Positions 24,513-36,395 of a DNA stretch of 46,435 nucleotides are shown here, piece by piece (positions within the stretch are counted from its first letter, which is position 1; each line of letters opens with the position of its first letter). A model generated the notes under the pieces. It was given only the letters and a program-made list of their open reading frames with translations, ran no database searches and was not told the DNA's origin. The DNA lies in NCBI GenBank assembly GCA_000934665.2, contig KZ538848.1, positions 1 through 46,435 on the forward strand, in the 5' to 3' direction. The position numbers and the translations under genes were made by a program. The stretch is from Catajapyx aquilonaris (taxonomy: Eukaryota).

Positions 24513-25074
24513 TATAATATTTACAATATGATACATACATGTACCGTATAAGTTTAATACAGTAAGTAGGAGAATGAAGAAAGGCAGCAAGGAAGGGAAG
24601 GAACAGACATCTGTACATGGTAAAGGATGATAAGAGAAGAGGGGGAGCCCCTAAGTCCACGTCGTATTTATCAAGTCTCTCACTCCGGGGGTCAAGTTGG
24701 GGTAGATAGGATTGGAAGAAGAACGCGGTGTCATGGCCCGATGTGGAGGAAAGGAAGGGGGAAGCATGAGGTGGACAGGAAGGCACTAATTATCAGGATG
24801 GGGAAGGTGGTAAGGGAGGACCGATATGAACATAATTATGTGTTAGTTCAACCAACAATGTACAAGTAACTAAAGGTAAGTCAGCTATTTATGTTAATTT
24901 TTCAGCATATAGCCACCCAGTGCAATTTGCAGTACTTGTTTTATCGATATGACCTGGACCCCACCTAAAAATAATTACAAGCCCAGCTCAGAACTAAAAT
25001 TCGAATGCAAATCTACGAGCCAGAAATGTTGACAATAATTCTTCATTAGGGACCTTGGTGGGGGGGGGGGGGGG

Positions 25075-25230
25075 NNNNNNNNNNNNNNNNNNNNNNNNNN
25101 NNNNNNNNNNNNNNNNNNNNNNNNNNNNNNNNNNNNNNNNNNNNNNNNNNNNNNNNNNNNNNNNNNNNNNNNNNNNNNNNNNNNNNNNNNNNNNNNNNNN
25201 NNNNNNNNNNNNNNNNNNNNNNNNNNNNNN
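25075..25230. other. Assembly gap flanked by poly-G
   Basis: N run. Confidence 0.99.
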
Positions 25231-25950
25231 GGGGGGGGGGGAGTTGCCAGCAGCAACTGCAGCGCTGAGCTAGCTAGCGCTCAGGCAGGGGGTTCCCGGC
25301 GCTAATAATAGTGTGGTTGCGAGTCTGCATCAGCACCGCATCCGGGTTAATGAGCAACATTGTGGGTGACAAAGGTGCGCTGGGGGCCCCGTGATTAGGC
25401 CGGACCATGCACCTCCGCACGCCCATAAAAAGGCGCCTTAATTGAGTATCCAGGGATTTACGCCCATTCGCTACCCTACCTTGTATGCTTTCTAATAATA
25501 ATGCACACCGGAAGCGCTAGAAAAAAAAAAATTGTACGGGGGTGGTGAGAGGAAAGAGGCGGACAAAATATCAAAAAATGGCGTTTTTATAGGAGTACTT
25601 ACAAATACTCGTTTGGGGGATCCAAGCTTCAAACGAATTATTGGGAGCTAATTAGGAGGCTATCCATCCTGTCTCGTGTGATCCATTTTTCTGGCAATTC
25701 ATATATGACAGGGTGGAACGGAGGTGGAGTGCGAACTGGAGTATATACCATAGGCCATAGGGAATTGACCTTTAGTAAAGGCCACGAAAAACGCGGGAGG
25801 AAAAGTCAGAAATGCGGTATATTATTCTAGGATTAAATTGAAGGTGGCATGTAGCATCCGAAAGAGTAAATATTTTACAGAGTCTCGTTTGGGTGAAGGT
25901 CTTATTTGCCTTCGAGCGTTATGCCAGACATGTGCAAAGGGACCAACTTT

Positions 25951-26254
25951 ACTGCCGTCCCAAGGAGAAACACCATATCTCCAAAACCAGTAAGGGTGAA
26001 GGTCGCGTGTATTCGCTGCACTACTCCCTTCTGAGTTAGAGGGAATTAGTGCAGGGCATGCATGCGACTTTCACCCTTACTAGTTTCGGCAAGGGGGTAA
26101 TCACTTCGGTACTCCAGTGTACACCTGCAAGTGGTACTCCCAGGTACTCCTTAGGTACTTTACTCTTTGGTACTCCTTGAATTAGGTACTCTAGTGTACA
26201 CTTTTTAGTCGAGTTGTTACCCCCTTGAGTTTCGGACTAGTTTGGGACGGCAGT
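25951..26254. mobile_element. Palindromic MITE (possibly Harbinger-like) hosting a nested element
   Basis: Termini are ACTGCCGTCCCAA / TTGGGACGGCAGT. The inner arms CAGTAAGGGTGAAGGTCGCGTGTAT...CTGCACTA / TAGTGCAG...ATGCATGCGACTTTCACCCTTACT form a ~100-bp hairpin (25984-26086). Confidence 0.8.
26090..26227. mobile_element. MITE with 8-bp TSD (P-element-like or hAT)
   Basis: Perfect TSD AGTTTCGG (26082-26089, 26228-26235) and 11-bp TIRs CAAGGGGGTAA / TTACCCCCTTG. The interior carries six GGTACT subrepeats. Confidence 0.88.
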
Positions 26255-27843
26255 TTAAGTGTCATTCTGGCAACAATCTTGGACTGAGACGAGTACAGGT
26301 CCGGTTTTCTCTCCATTCACCTGTCCTCCCCACCCACTTGGACGATTGCGAAAGGTCCTTAAGAAAGTGAACAGACCATCCCATTGTGACTCTGATCATT
26401 CGACTCCTTTTACTCCAACTCGTGCGAAGAAGCATATATCCGACGAAATAAGAACCATCCCTAACACAAAGCATTATTTTCCTTTCTGCCATAAACGCCC
26501 CCGAGCGATCCCTTCAGTATATGATCCCATCTCATCATCTCACATCACACACGTCGTACCGCCTCCAAGGCATGAGAACGCTAATAAGCTCCTATGTGTT
26601 CTGAGGCCTGGTTGGCAGTCATGTCACATCTCATCCATCGCTCTCTAATCTCAGCAGCCGGCTAATCTCCAAAGTTTGAAGATAATACAGGCATAGAGTT
26701 AGAGTGTATCAGAGAGAATAGTTGTAGAGGAGCGCATGGAATTCTACCAGATAATTGAGGCGTGTACGTCTACCATTTTTAATTAATCCAGATCCCCCCC
26801 ACGCTCAAAGGAAGAGTTGCAGTTGAAATATGCTCTGCTTGGAAGTAAATGAGAAGGAATCCTTGAAGAAAACTCTACTCCTCCTTCCTTCCACTCCTTC
26901 CATCCGCCCCTCATTTTTTTTTCTCTCTCTCTCTCTCTCTCTTTCCCCGTCGCTGCTTCATGGAGTACTGTAGTACATTGATTGAGGCCTTTTCCTGCTT
27001 CTGCTGCTGAATCTGAGAAGGATCGCAGCAGCAGCAGCTCTCTCAGCAGGCTAGTCACGATGGAAAAGAGCAGAGGAGCTCCTAAACAACTTGATGCGGA
27101 ATGACGGAGGCAGCAGCAGCAGCATCATCATCTCCCAACTTGCTCCCTGCTGCTAAATGAACCGACTGCATTATGGAGAAAATGGACTCAAAGGAAGAAA
27201 AGGAAAAGATGTCCAGAGATTTAATCTTCCCTCATCGATTTTTCTTTCCCTTCCTTGCTCCTCTTTTCTTTGTACCATGCAACTTGATATAAGATTGGTC
27301 GCTTGGTGGTTCATGTCATCGGTCTCCCTCCACAGTTGGTTCTATCTAGTTAGGCAATGTCATAATGTGCGATGGGGAGCTTTTTCAAATATTGGTTCAG
27401 TTAGGATTTGGGTCATAACTGTGGAAGGTGATCCATTAGCGTTGCATTTTTTGGGCGCGAATAAAAGGGCTGGATTCTGGTGTTAAATACCCGAACTGTT
27501 TTTTTTTTGTTTCAGAGTGAGAGTGACAAGTACTCTTGACAACTGGGTATGCAGGGCAGTATGTGGAGAATTTCGAGAGCTGCAGCAACTGTCAGACTCT
27601 TCATACTCATTTTGTATCTCCCAAATGCTATTGGCCATCTCAGTACATAAATACAATCTGTTACAGCGTTTCCCATCAGGGATATACATAGTAGCACAGT
27701 GAATGTGACTGACAGTAAAATAAAGCCTCTACAGTATTTCTACCCACTTTACCCCCCGTGTATTAAACAAAACTTCTCCCTGATTAAACAGGCCTGTAAT
27801 ACCTTCAAAAATTGTAGTAGATATTTCAATGTTTTTAAAAAAA

Positions 27844-27925
27844 TGTATGTATGTATGTATGTATGTATGTATGTATTTATTTCTTGGTCAACAAGTAGTA
27901 ATGGCCACGTCTATACCGAAGTGTT
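27844..27925 (-). repeat. (ATAC)n microsatellite, probably the tail of a truncated retroposon
   Basis: (GTAT)n at 27844-27876. The minus strand reads ...GGCCATTACTACTTGTTGACCAAGAAATAAA(TACA)n, an AATAAA-plus-microsatellite end typical of CR1/L2-group 3' ends. The repeat is certain; the origin is inferred. Confidence 0.55.
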
Positions 27926-30900
27926 CTTGTTTTTTTAAATTGCCCCACTTGTCAACATTGTAGACATAATAATTATTACGGGTATTCCTTTTGAAGGCGT
28001 GATCTGTGGCTTATGCATTTAGTGGATAATGAATGGTGAATATCGTGTAATGATTAGTCCTGGAATCTCATAGGGTAATTTCTGATTGTGAAATCATTTT
28101 TCTGCTATATGGCTGTCGCAAGCCAATATAATAATATTTGAAAAAGAAGGGAGGGATCAGGCGAGAGATACAGTAATGTTGACATTTCTCGAAATTCTCA
28201 AATACTCGGATCGAACTGAAAATCAGGTTTTCACCAGGTTGTCCTACAAATGGCTCTGATCTATTTATCGCACTTATTTACGTAGGTAGCTGAAGGGATT
28301 AAATCAGATGCAATAACACTGGAACAAGAATAATAATTGTTTATTAAGATCAGCAGTTTCAGTAAGCTTTTAGATCATTCATTTACATTCCTTCCATGTC
28401 AATTCCCATGTGCCTAAACCTAGTATATAAGTCTAAAACCTGCAAGAAATAACGCTCTCTTATATTCCCCAGCGTGGTAATTTATTCCAGACCATTACTC
28501 TGACCATTTTCATCCACCCTTACACAAAGAAGCAGCAACCGTTGTTAAAACGTCTCTACAAGTCAGAAGCGGGTAGTTACGAGTGTGAAAGTAAGCGCCC
28601 AGTCCTGCTCCACATTAATGACACAGAAGTGAGAATGTGGGAGCAGTCCTTTTAGGCGACAGCAAGCAAAGAGTGTCGTGAGTCAGGTCGGAAATGCAGG
28701 CTAAGCGCGTCCTGACTCAGCAGCTGCAGCAGCACCGAGCGAGTCCTCAAGCCCCATTGAACATGGACCCACAGGAGGTGAGTGTCGCCGAAGTGACTCA
28801 TCCAGAAGGATGTGTGGCCCAGATAGGGCCTAGCTATAGTGGAAATCAGAGGCATTCAAGGACCCCCACCATCGCACACCGGTATGGCCTCTCCGCTTCT
28901 GGCTCTGGCGGCGGAGAAGGAAACAGCCTGAATGGCCGCCCAGTCTGATGGTCCGTGATGAGCTGGCCAATGAATCGGAAAGGGCTTCCGGGACACCCGC
29001 ACACTGTATGTATAAGGGCCACCAAGATGGATGGACCGACCCCAGCTTTTTAGCATCTTTACACGCCAGTTTTATAGTCCTCGCCCATGTGGCTCCCCAC
29101 CCCAGTCCAATGGGACTTGGATTATGACTGGAAATATTCCCCTGGCCGTGTGCGTCCCTCGGCACTTGCGGGCTCCTATTGATTTGCAGCAGGGGGATAG
29201 GAAAGACGAACGAGATGAAGCAGAGGAGGAAGGTTATGAGGGTCCCAGATTGACAAGTGATTGGGCCCCAAAGGCCCGCTCGTATTGCCACACTTTGCAC
29301 TTTTCCTCTGGCGCTGGCAGGAGGCCTTATTATTTACCTTGTCCACACGGCTCGGCGATGCTGTACAGTCACCGCTATCTCGTTTTCCATTTCAGGGGAA
29401 AACCGATATTTTCATCACGGAGATGTGTTTTTGAAAGTACGTACGTGGTACACATCTTAGTCAGTCCGGATGGAACTTGTCGTCATGAATATGGATGACA
29501 TACGGAGCACTTTTGCGTCCCCAATCTCTTTAGCTCTCGAAAAGCACGGTTGTAGGTAAGAGGCGCATTAATTTATTGGCGACAGAAAGGAATAAAAGGG
29601 CACGTTCGCACGAGCGTGTAAGCGTATTCAAGTGGACGCACTTAGGCCTCTTAATGTTTGTGGCACACAAAATTAAAGCTCTTACTCCCAACCCATTCTT
29701 GGGTTCTAACATGAAACCCCCTACCATTCCTTCCTGGACTCACTTTTTTACCATACTATTCTGTATGGATGCGGGAGAGAGCGGTATGGTGCAGTGTGGA
29801 GGGCGGCAATGAAATGTTTGCTGGTCCGGGATTTTAAGTGGCCATTTGACGCCAACACTGAATGAAACATGAAGCGAGTAGGGGCCCGGCAATTCTTCGC
29901 CTGGCTGCCACCTCAAAATACATTCCCCCCACAGCGCTTTTCTAATGTCCAATAACTCACCCGCAAGGTAATAATTCAATTCCTCTGCTCGCCTTCACTC
30001 CAAACCTATGCTTCCCCATTTACAATGACACTTTATGGGGCCACCACCAAGACGGATATTGCGCCGGCCCAGGAGGAACATCCTCCAACCCCCTCTCCCC
30101 ATACCCCCTCCCTCCTCCCCTCATCAAGAAATGTTGCTTTTTATTTTTCCCGACTGGATGGATGAATGGAGCAAATTTATTTGCCGCCTTGAATTATGCA
30201 TGAAACACATCCGTCGTTGCCGCGGTGCACTGTACCCAACGTGTTTCTCCTGGGCGTAAGGCTATTTCTCATTTACTGCTCTCTTTGCTCACATTGTGCT
30301 CGTGGCTCTTCAGCTCCGTGGTGTACATAATGTAATAATTATGATTGATATTAGTACGCGTTATCAATCTGCGTTTTTATGAGTGGTGGGAACACCTGTA
30401 AGCAATATTTTGCATAACAGCCGTTCTAATAAAAATAATTTTGCGACACATACGTGTGCCAAATTAAATTATTGGTTATTGTTTTTCAGGCTAGATTATA
30501 TGAAACAGTTACAGTACTTCGGAACATACTGAACATATCAAGGTGAATTGATGCATCCTCTTAAATTAATTCCGGAGAGATCGAGCTCTAAATAATGGGC
30601 CCAACCATTGACCTTAGGTGCCTGATAATATGATGAAAATGGTGACGCAAAGGCTAATTTGGAACTTTTTAAATAACAATTGAAATTACAAAATGATGCT
30701 ACGTAACCAGATATTAATGGAATATATTGCAGGATGGATCCGTATCTATGGACATAATGCCTCAAAGTTGGCTGTTATCCTATTTGCATTCACATAGCCT
30801 ATCTCTTCCGTAATGACCACGCAAAGAAACAGTTCAAATTCCACTTCCGTCACGAAGACTGCCATCGTCTGGAATGATTTAGTGTAGTTTCGCATATAAC

Positions 30901-32325
30901 AGCCAACAGACAGGTGCTGCAAATTGTATACCAGTTATCTCTATTGTTCTTTACCTCATAGGCCCCTTCACTTTCCGCTTTGACTTAATTTTCACTCGCG
31001 ATATGTTTGGTCAGCAATAATGCATTTGTCAACACGGTACGACCCTTCACACTTTCTGGCTTCCTTCACCTTGGACGTTTCATAAAATTGGTAGGTCCCA
31101 TTAACAATAATGACGCCGTGTCATTTCTGGACAACTCGCAGTCATCGGATTTTCCCCATTTTGCCTAGTGGGCATCGCCCCCGTTCAATGTCGGCGCATT
31201 CTCCCTCCACGTACCTTCGTTCAACCCCTCGGGGCTCTATAGTTGCACCCTTAATTTCATTCGGCTCATTACATACGCTAGCTGGCCTCTTAATGAAGTG
31301 GGAGCTTTGGGACTCTCCTCCCTGCACCCAACTCGTACTCCCAGTCTCCAATCACCGACACCCTATCTCCAGGGAAAACCCAGCAGAGAAATCTATCTTG
31401 GCTCAGAACTCCCTCCCCCCCCCCTCAAAAAAAGGAGAAAAAGAGGAAAAAATGGGGTGGGTTCAAAATCAGAAGGCAGCAAGAAGATAGTGTATCAGGT
31501 GAGTGGGACTTCTCTCCTTTTCCTCCAAATCCCTCTGAAGAAGCAGAAGAAGCAGAAGGTTTCGTACTTCCACGTATATCTGGCAGCTGCAGAGAGGGGT
31601 GAGAAGAAGGCGAGCTTCGAGATTGACTGCTAATGAGGCTTGGGGAATGTGGCATTGATTTTCGCTTTGTTCCCAGCCGCCTGGATAAAGCGCCGTTTCA
31701 TTAGTCAAACGGTGGTCCCCCACACCCTACCCTTGGCCCCCTCCATTCTTCGAGTCCACGAGTTATGGGTCACCCCTCCCTTTTCCGACGAAAAACCCAC
31801 CAGCACCTCCATCACTAACTTCGAAGAACACGCACCGGAAAATAGGGGGAGACATCCCAGTAAATATTTCAAGTAATATCTAACTTTAAAAAAATTTGAG
31901 AACCTACTGTCACAATGTCTGTTATCCCCCTGCCACTTCCACTCGCACGATGGCTCTCCTACCACTCGAATACGACCACTTGAGTACCTCCCTCAAACTT
32001 TTTTTTTTAGGTGCTCACCAAACGATTGCCATTGGACTATTATGTTCGGCAAGTCTAAAGTGCAAAAGGCCAGAGTTGAATGGGCTAGAGTGAAGGAGCA
32101 ATGGCACTGGGGATGAAATGGTGACCGCTTTGATGTGCGCTGCAAGGTTGTTGCTTAATTGGAGGCCGCTGTAGCATCGCCGAACCCTGCTGCTGCGTCT
32201 TGTACTCATCTCATTAGTGGGAAGCTAGGCTACACTGCACGCCAAGAGGATGATGCTTCTGGATCTCAATTATTATTGGGACGCTGCAGGATGCTTGGCA
32301 ACGGCAAATCGGGTTGGCAAGGTGC

Positions 32326-32328
<3 letters not shown>

Positions 32329-32378
<50 letters not shown>
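32329..32378. repeat. (GA)n microsatellite
   Basis: Pure GA run ending at an assembly gap. Confidence 0.95.
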
Positions 32379-32511
32379 NNNNNNNNNNNNNNNNNNNNNN
32401 NNNNNNNNNNNNNNNNNNNNNNNNNNNNNNNNNNNNNNNNNNNNNNNNNNNNNNNNNNNNNNNNNNNNNNNNNNNNNNNNNNNNNNNNNNNNNNNNNNNN
32501 NNNNNNNNNNN
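32379..32511. other. Assembly gap
   Basis: N run. Confidence 0.99.
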
Positions 32512-35500
32512 TATCCCCCCCCCCCCCCTCTCTCTCTAGTTTCTATGCCTTCGGGGAACTCCGACACACTCACACCAATCAATAAATGCCAACCAACCTT
32601 CGACGAAGTCTGATTATTTCTGCCCCTTTGCTCTCACGCCACCCAAGAACACTTCAGAGACACCTTCGGGAAAAGTCATGTCGCAGCTTGCTTGGCTCCC
32701 CTGCCGCTTGGCACCGGCCGGACATTTATTACGGCTACAACTTGCCGGAGCATGACATGGCCTGCTACTACAGCATGTTACACCTCCACATGCCTTTACA
32801 TCGTGCCCTGAAAATATGCGCCATAAATATCACGCTTGAAGAATTCTGACACTTGCTTGGTTATGGTTGGGAATTTTTTTTTAAACAGGGCTAGTCTTAT
32901 TCTAGGGAAGGTTCTTAGCCTTTAGACACTAATTATGTTTGCAGTTGTTTTTAAAAAAATATGTGGGTTTTCTAGAATGGGAGTAAACTCATGTAAAAAA
33001 TCGTCGTTATTTTTAAATGAATTTTGGTGTTTTTTGTTTGAAGAAATAAATATTAGTTTTCGAGCTATGATCGATCTAAGATCATAATAATTATACGGTA
33101 TCGTATTGCCCTCTGACGTCACTGTTGTCAAAAAAAATCAGAGGCAGGAATGCACCCGGGTATTTGTTCCTTTGTGGTTTGCCTAACAACGGAATCGAAC
33201 GACCGCAAGTAATGCCGAATCGAACGGGACCGCCAGTAAATAAACCGAATCGAACGGTAGAGAGGCAACGTCCTACTGACGTCACTGTTGTCAGAGGCCA
33301 CACCCCAGTTTTTCCCGCCAATTTGCGAGTGACTTTTAAACCCCCGATGATTAATCGAGGAATGCCATTTTGGTGCCGAAAAGTGGTGGAATGCTTGTTT
33401 ATATGTATGGTTGAGCTATTCGTGTACAAATTACCAAAATCCCAGGCCAAGGCTAGGACCCCATGATCATTTGAGAAACTCTCATAAGAAATACTACACA
33501 AACTAATTGTGACCTTCAAAATACTGCATAGGGAAATAGCTTAATTCCTTATCAGCATGGATATGTTGAAAAATATTTGATACTTTGGCAAGTAAATATT
33601 TTCTATGAAGTGATAGCAGTGAAATGAACATATTATTTTCAGGCATGGCTTCACGTAGTCAGAAAAAGTAATCTTAACAATTGTTGACGTAATGAACTAG
33701 TATTCTTTCTCGATTGATATCGTTCTGAAGGCGTTTGGACATGTAGCTGGTGGGAGTCCAGCCACATTAGAAACAACATTACGTGTAAATTTGACTGGCA
33801 GGTCCCTTTCAAGTTCTTCGTCTGCCATAATTATCGCTAAGCAAAATCTTCCTGGCAAGTGCTTATGGCTACTGTAATGACATGCCTGGAATCTGCCTAT
33901 TAATTGTTGCAATCAATATGGGCTTAGCAGTATATATGACCGAAGTTCTTAATAATTAAATAAGAAAATCCACTCAAGCCTCATGCTCATTAATTCGAGA
34001 GGAAAAAAAAACTAATCTCTTCTTATTTTTTAATAACTTACGGCACATTCCCAGCTAACAATGAAGTATAAGAAAAACCTGGCTACATACTTTAGGATTC
34101 CTGCTGTTTTCTACAACTTTTGATGAAGTGCTCTTGACGAGGAGCTTCAATCCCAGAGCTTCAATTTACCTCGCCAAAAAATTGCGCATCCTGCAAATGA
34201 GGTCACGCTAGACAATATATTATTTACACCTACTGTAAATGTAAAAGAGGTCATTTCTAGTATTATAATTTGCAAGATTCTGGAACACTTCGCACCCTAA
34301 ATGAGGGAAGATTATTAACCCTTGCACAGCGAGATGTTAGTATTCATGAGATTTCTTAAGAGCAAAAGGAAGAGAGAAAGAAAAAAAAACCTTTCCATGT
34401 GATCAGTTTCTTAATCCAAAAGTCGTTGACTTTTGTGTCGTCAGATATACTTCTTCCGCTTTTTCCGGGATGCATTAAGGTAAGGTGTACTGATCCTCAT
34501 GCATTAATATTAAAACTCAATCAGGGCTCACGTCGTAGGCAAATCTTGCAGAAACACCAATCACAGTTCTCCGAAATGAAGCCCATTTTTCCTCCTTCTC
34601 TTCCCCTTTTCGCGCACTATCTCCCAATTGGAATCCTCTTTTATCTCCATGTTTCTCCCGCTCCTAAAGTATTTAAGCCTGGGAAATGAGTTAATTAGTC
34701 AACTTGAGTAAGAATAATTGCCACTTAGGCCACATGCGACGTACGTAAAAGGTTATCAGCTCGTTGGGAAATTACCGCGACAAAATGTTGCTAATTTAAC
34801 ACTGATAGAGCGGCGGTGGATCTGAACTTGTACAGTACAGTGGGGTCCAAATCGGCCTCTAAAGCATCACTTGCTGCTGAGATATCGTGCCTTACTGGAA
34901 ATTTACATAGTTACTGAACAGAGTTAACAAATTGTTCAGAGATACAGACAAAAGATTCTTACTGTATTAGTTCAACAAATGTAAATAACTGCTTGAAGAT
35001 TGTTTGGGGAAAATGCTAAATGTTGTCCAATATTTTCATGAGGCTATAGCGCACTAAATGAATTATTATTCAACAGCGAGTAAAATCCTTTTCAAACTGG
35101 TTGCTAAGTGATTGATTAGAGTATTCCTACAGCAGACTTTATTATTAAAACTACACCTCCAAACTTGTTTTTTATGTATTCCAGATTTGTTTCAGTAACG
35201 CAACGGACTAGTCAGATTTGTGAGCAAAAAATAAATAAAAAATAATCTGGAGTGTAGTTCTGCCCTTCTTTTCTTTCCTTCCCTTTGAAAAGGGAACAAA
35301 GTCGTCGTCTCGGAAGGCTTGTGGGACTCTTAGGAATCCAGGTCCAAAAAGGCCATTTGGAGTGTGAAAACGGCGGCAAACACTTTGGCAGTACGGAGTT
35401 GAAAATGGGGCCCACTTCCCTCCTTTTCCTTTGGCTGGTAATGGATGCAATCCCGATAATTTCATAGCGCGCCAGACATGTCCCCAACCTGCTGGCTGTC

Positions 35501-36291
35501 ACTTGCAGCCTCACCGCAAATGGAGACTTAATGCCCATGACTTTTCTTCGGCCCTCTTCACATCCCCTTTTATGGCCTTTTTGCCTACTTTGTTTCGTAT
35601 CTGCAGTTCCCCCCTCTTCTTCTTCTACCTCCCCCATACTTCCTTTTCCTCCCAGCTTCTTAACTCCCCTTCAACAACCACTTTACGGACCTACCGAATA
35701 AATTACTCCCCATTTTTATCCACAATACTATTTGTCGTCCTGCTATTGTGAATCATTTAAGATGCCACATGCAATCCGCTCGTACTGCAAGCATGCAAAA
35801 ACAGTGTAAACCATTTTTTTCTGGACTCGTAAAACCGTGCGTTGTGCGCAACAGACAGGTAATTATTTGGCAACACAGCCCCCCGCCCCCCTCCTCTGGT
35901 AAACAGAACGTGAAGGCTCGACAAAACAACAACAGAGCTAAATGTCATGTACCCCGCATTACAAGTTGCAATGAACCAGTGTATCCATTTAAATACTAAT
36001 GAAATAATGCACCCTGTGCACAACGCTAATTTGATTCACACGCTCGCTATACCTGCGCAGTATTATGCGATGAGAAATGGCCTCGTTTATCTTGGAAGCT
36101 CGCCATGTCACGTGCTACCTGGGGGAGCCCCTATTCATCCTTGCAGGTATGTGACGCGGTGGCAAGGGAGCCGACTGGGTTATCCAACTGACAGGATATT
36201 GTCAAGGTCATGATATCAGCCACTAGGCTGATATCATCCAGATAATTAGAAAATTAATTTAAAAGTATGTCTGTAATACCATGTACAGGTA

Positions 36292-36395
36292 CAGGGTATT
36301 ACAAACATAGTTTTAAAAATGAAGAAGATAAACGCAGTTTCGTAACAATCGCAATCGCTGAAATCAACTAAAAGACAGACTTTAGGATCACCCTG
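36292..36395. mobile_element. Short degenerate Tc1/mariner-type MITE
   Basis: TA|CAGGGT ... ACCCTG|TA termini; the internal TIR match is poor. Confidence 0.5.

Noticed and set aside
25984..26086. Long hairpin as a pre-miRNA (likewise 19682-19808 and 42866-42918)
   Set aside because: Explained by MITE inverted repeats; small-RNA data would be needed to claim more.
31298..31633. 111-aa basic ORF with a CAG|GTGAGT donor
   Set aside because: The basic residues come from A/G tracts; there is no recognisable domain or partner exon.
32100..32121. AATGGCACTGG, the 5' half of miR-263
   Set aside because: The 3' half mismatches and there is no convincing precursor hairpin.
36189..36203. TGACAGGATAT, resembling a T-DNA right border
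   Set aside because: Only 11 nt match and no vector sequence is adjacent.
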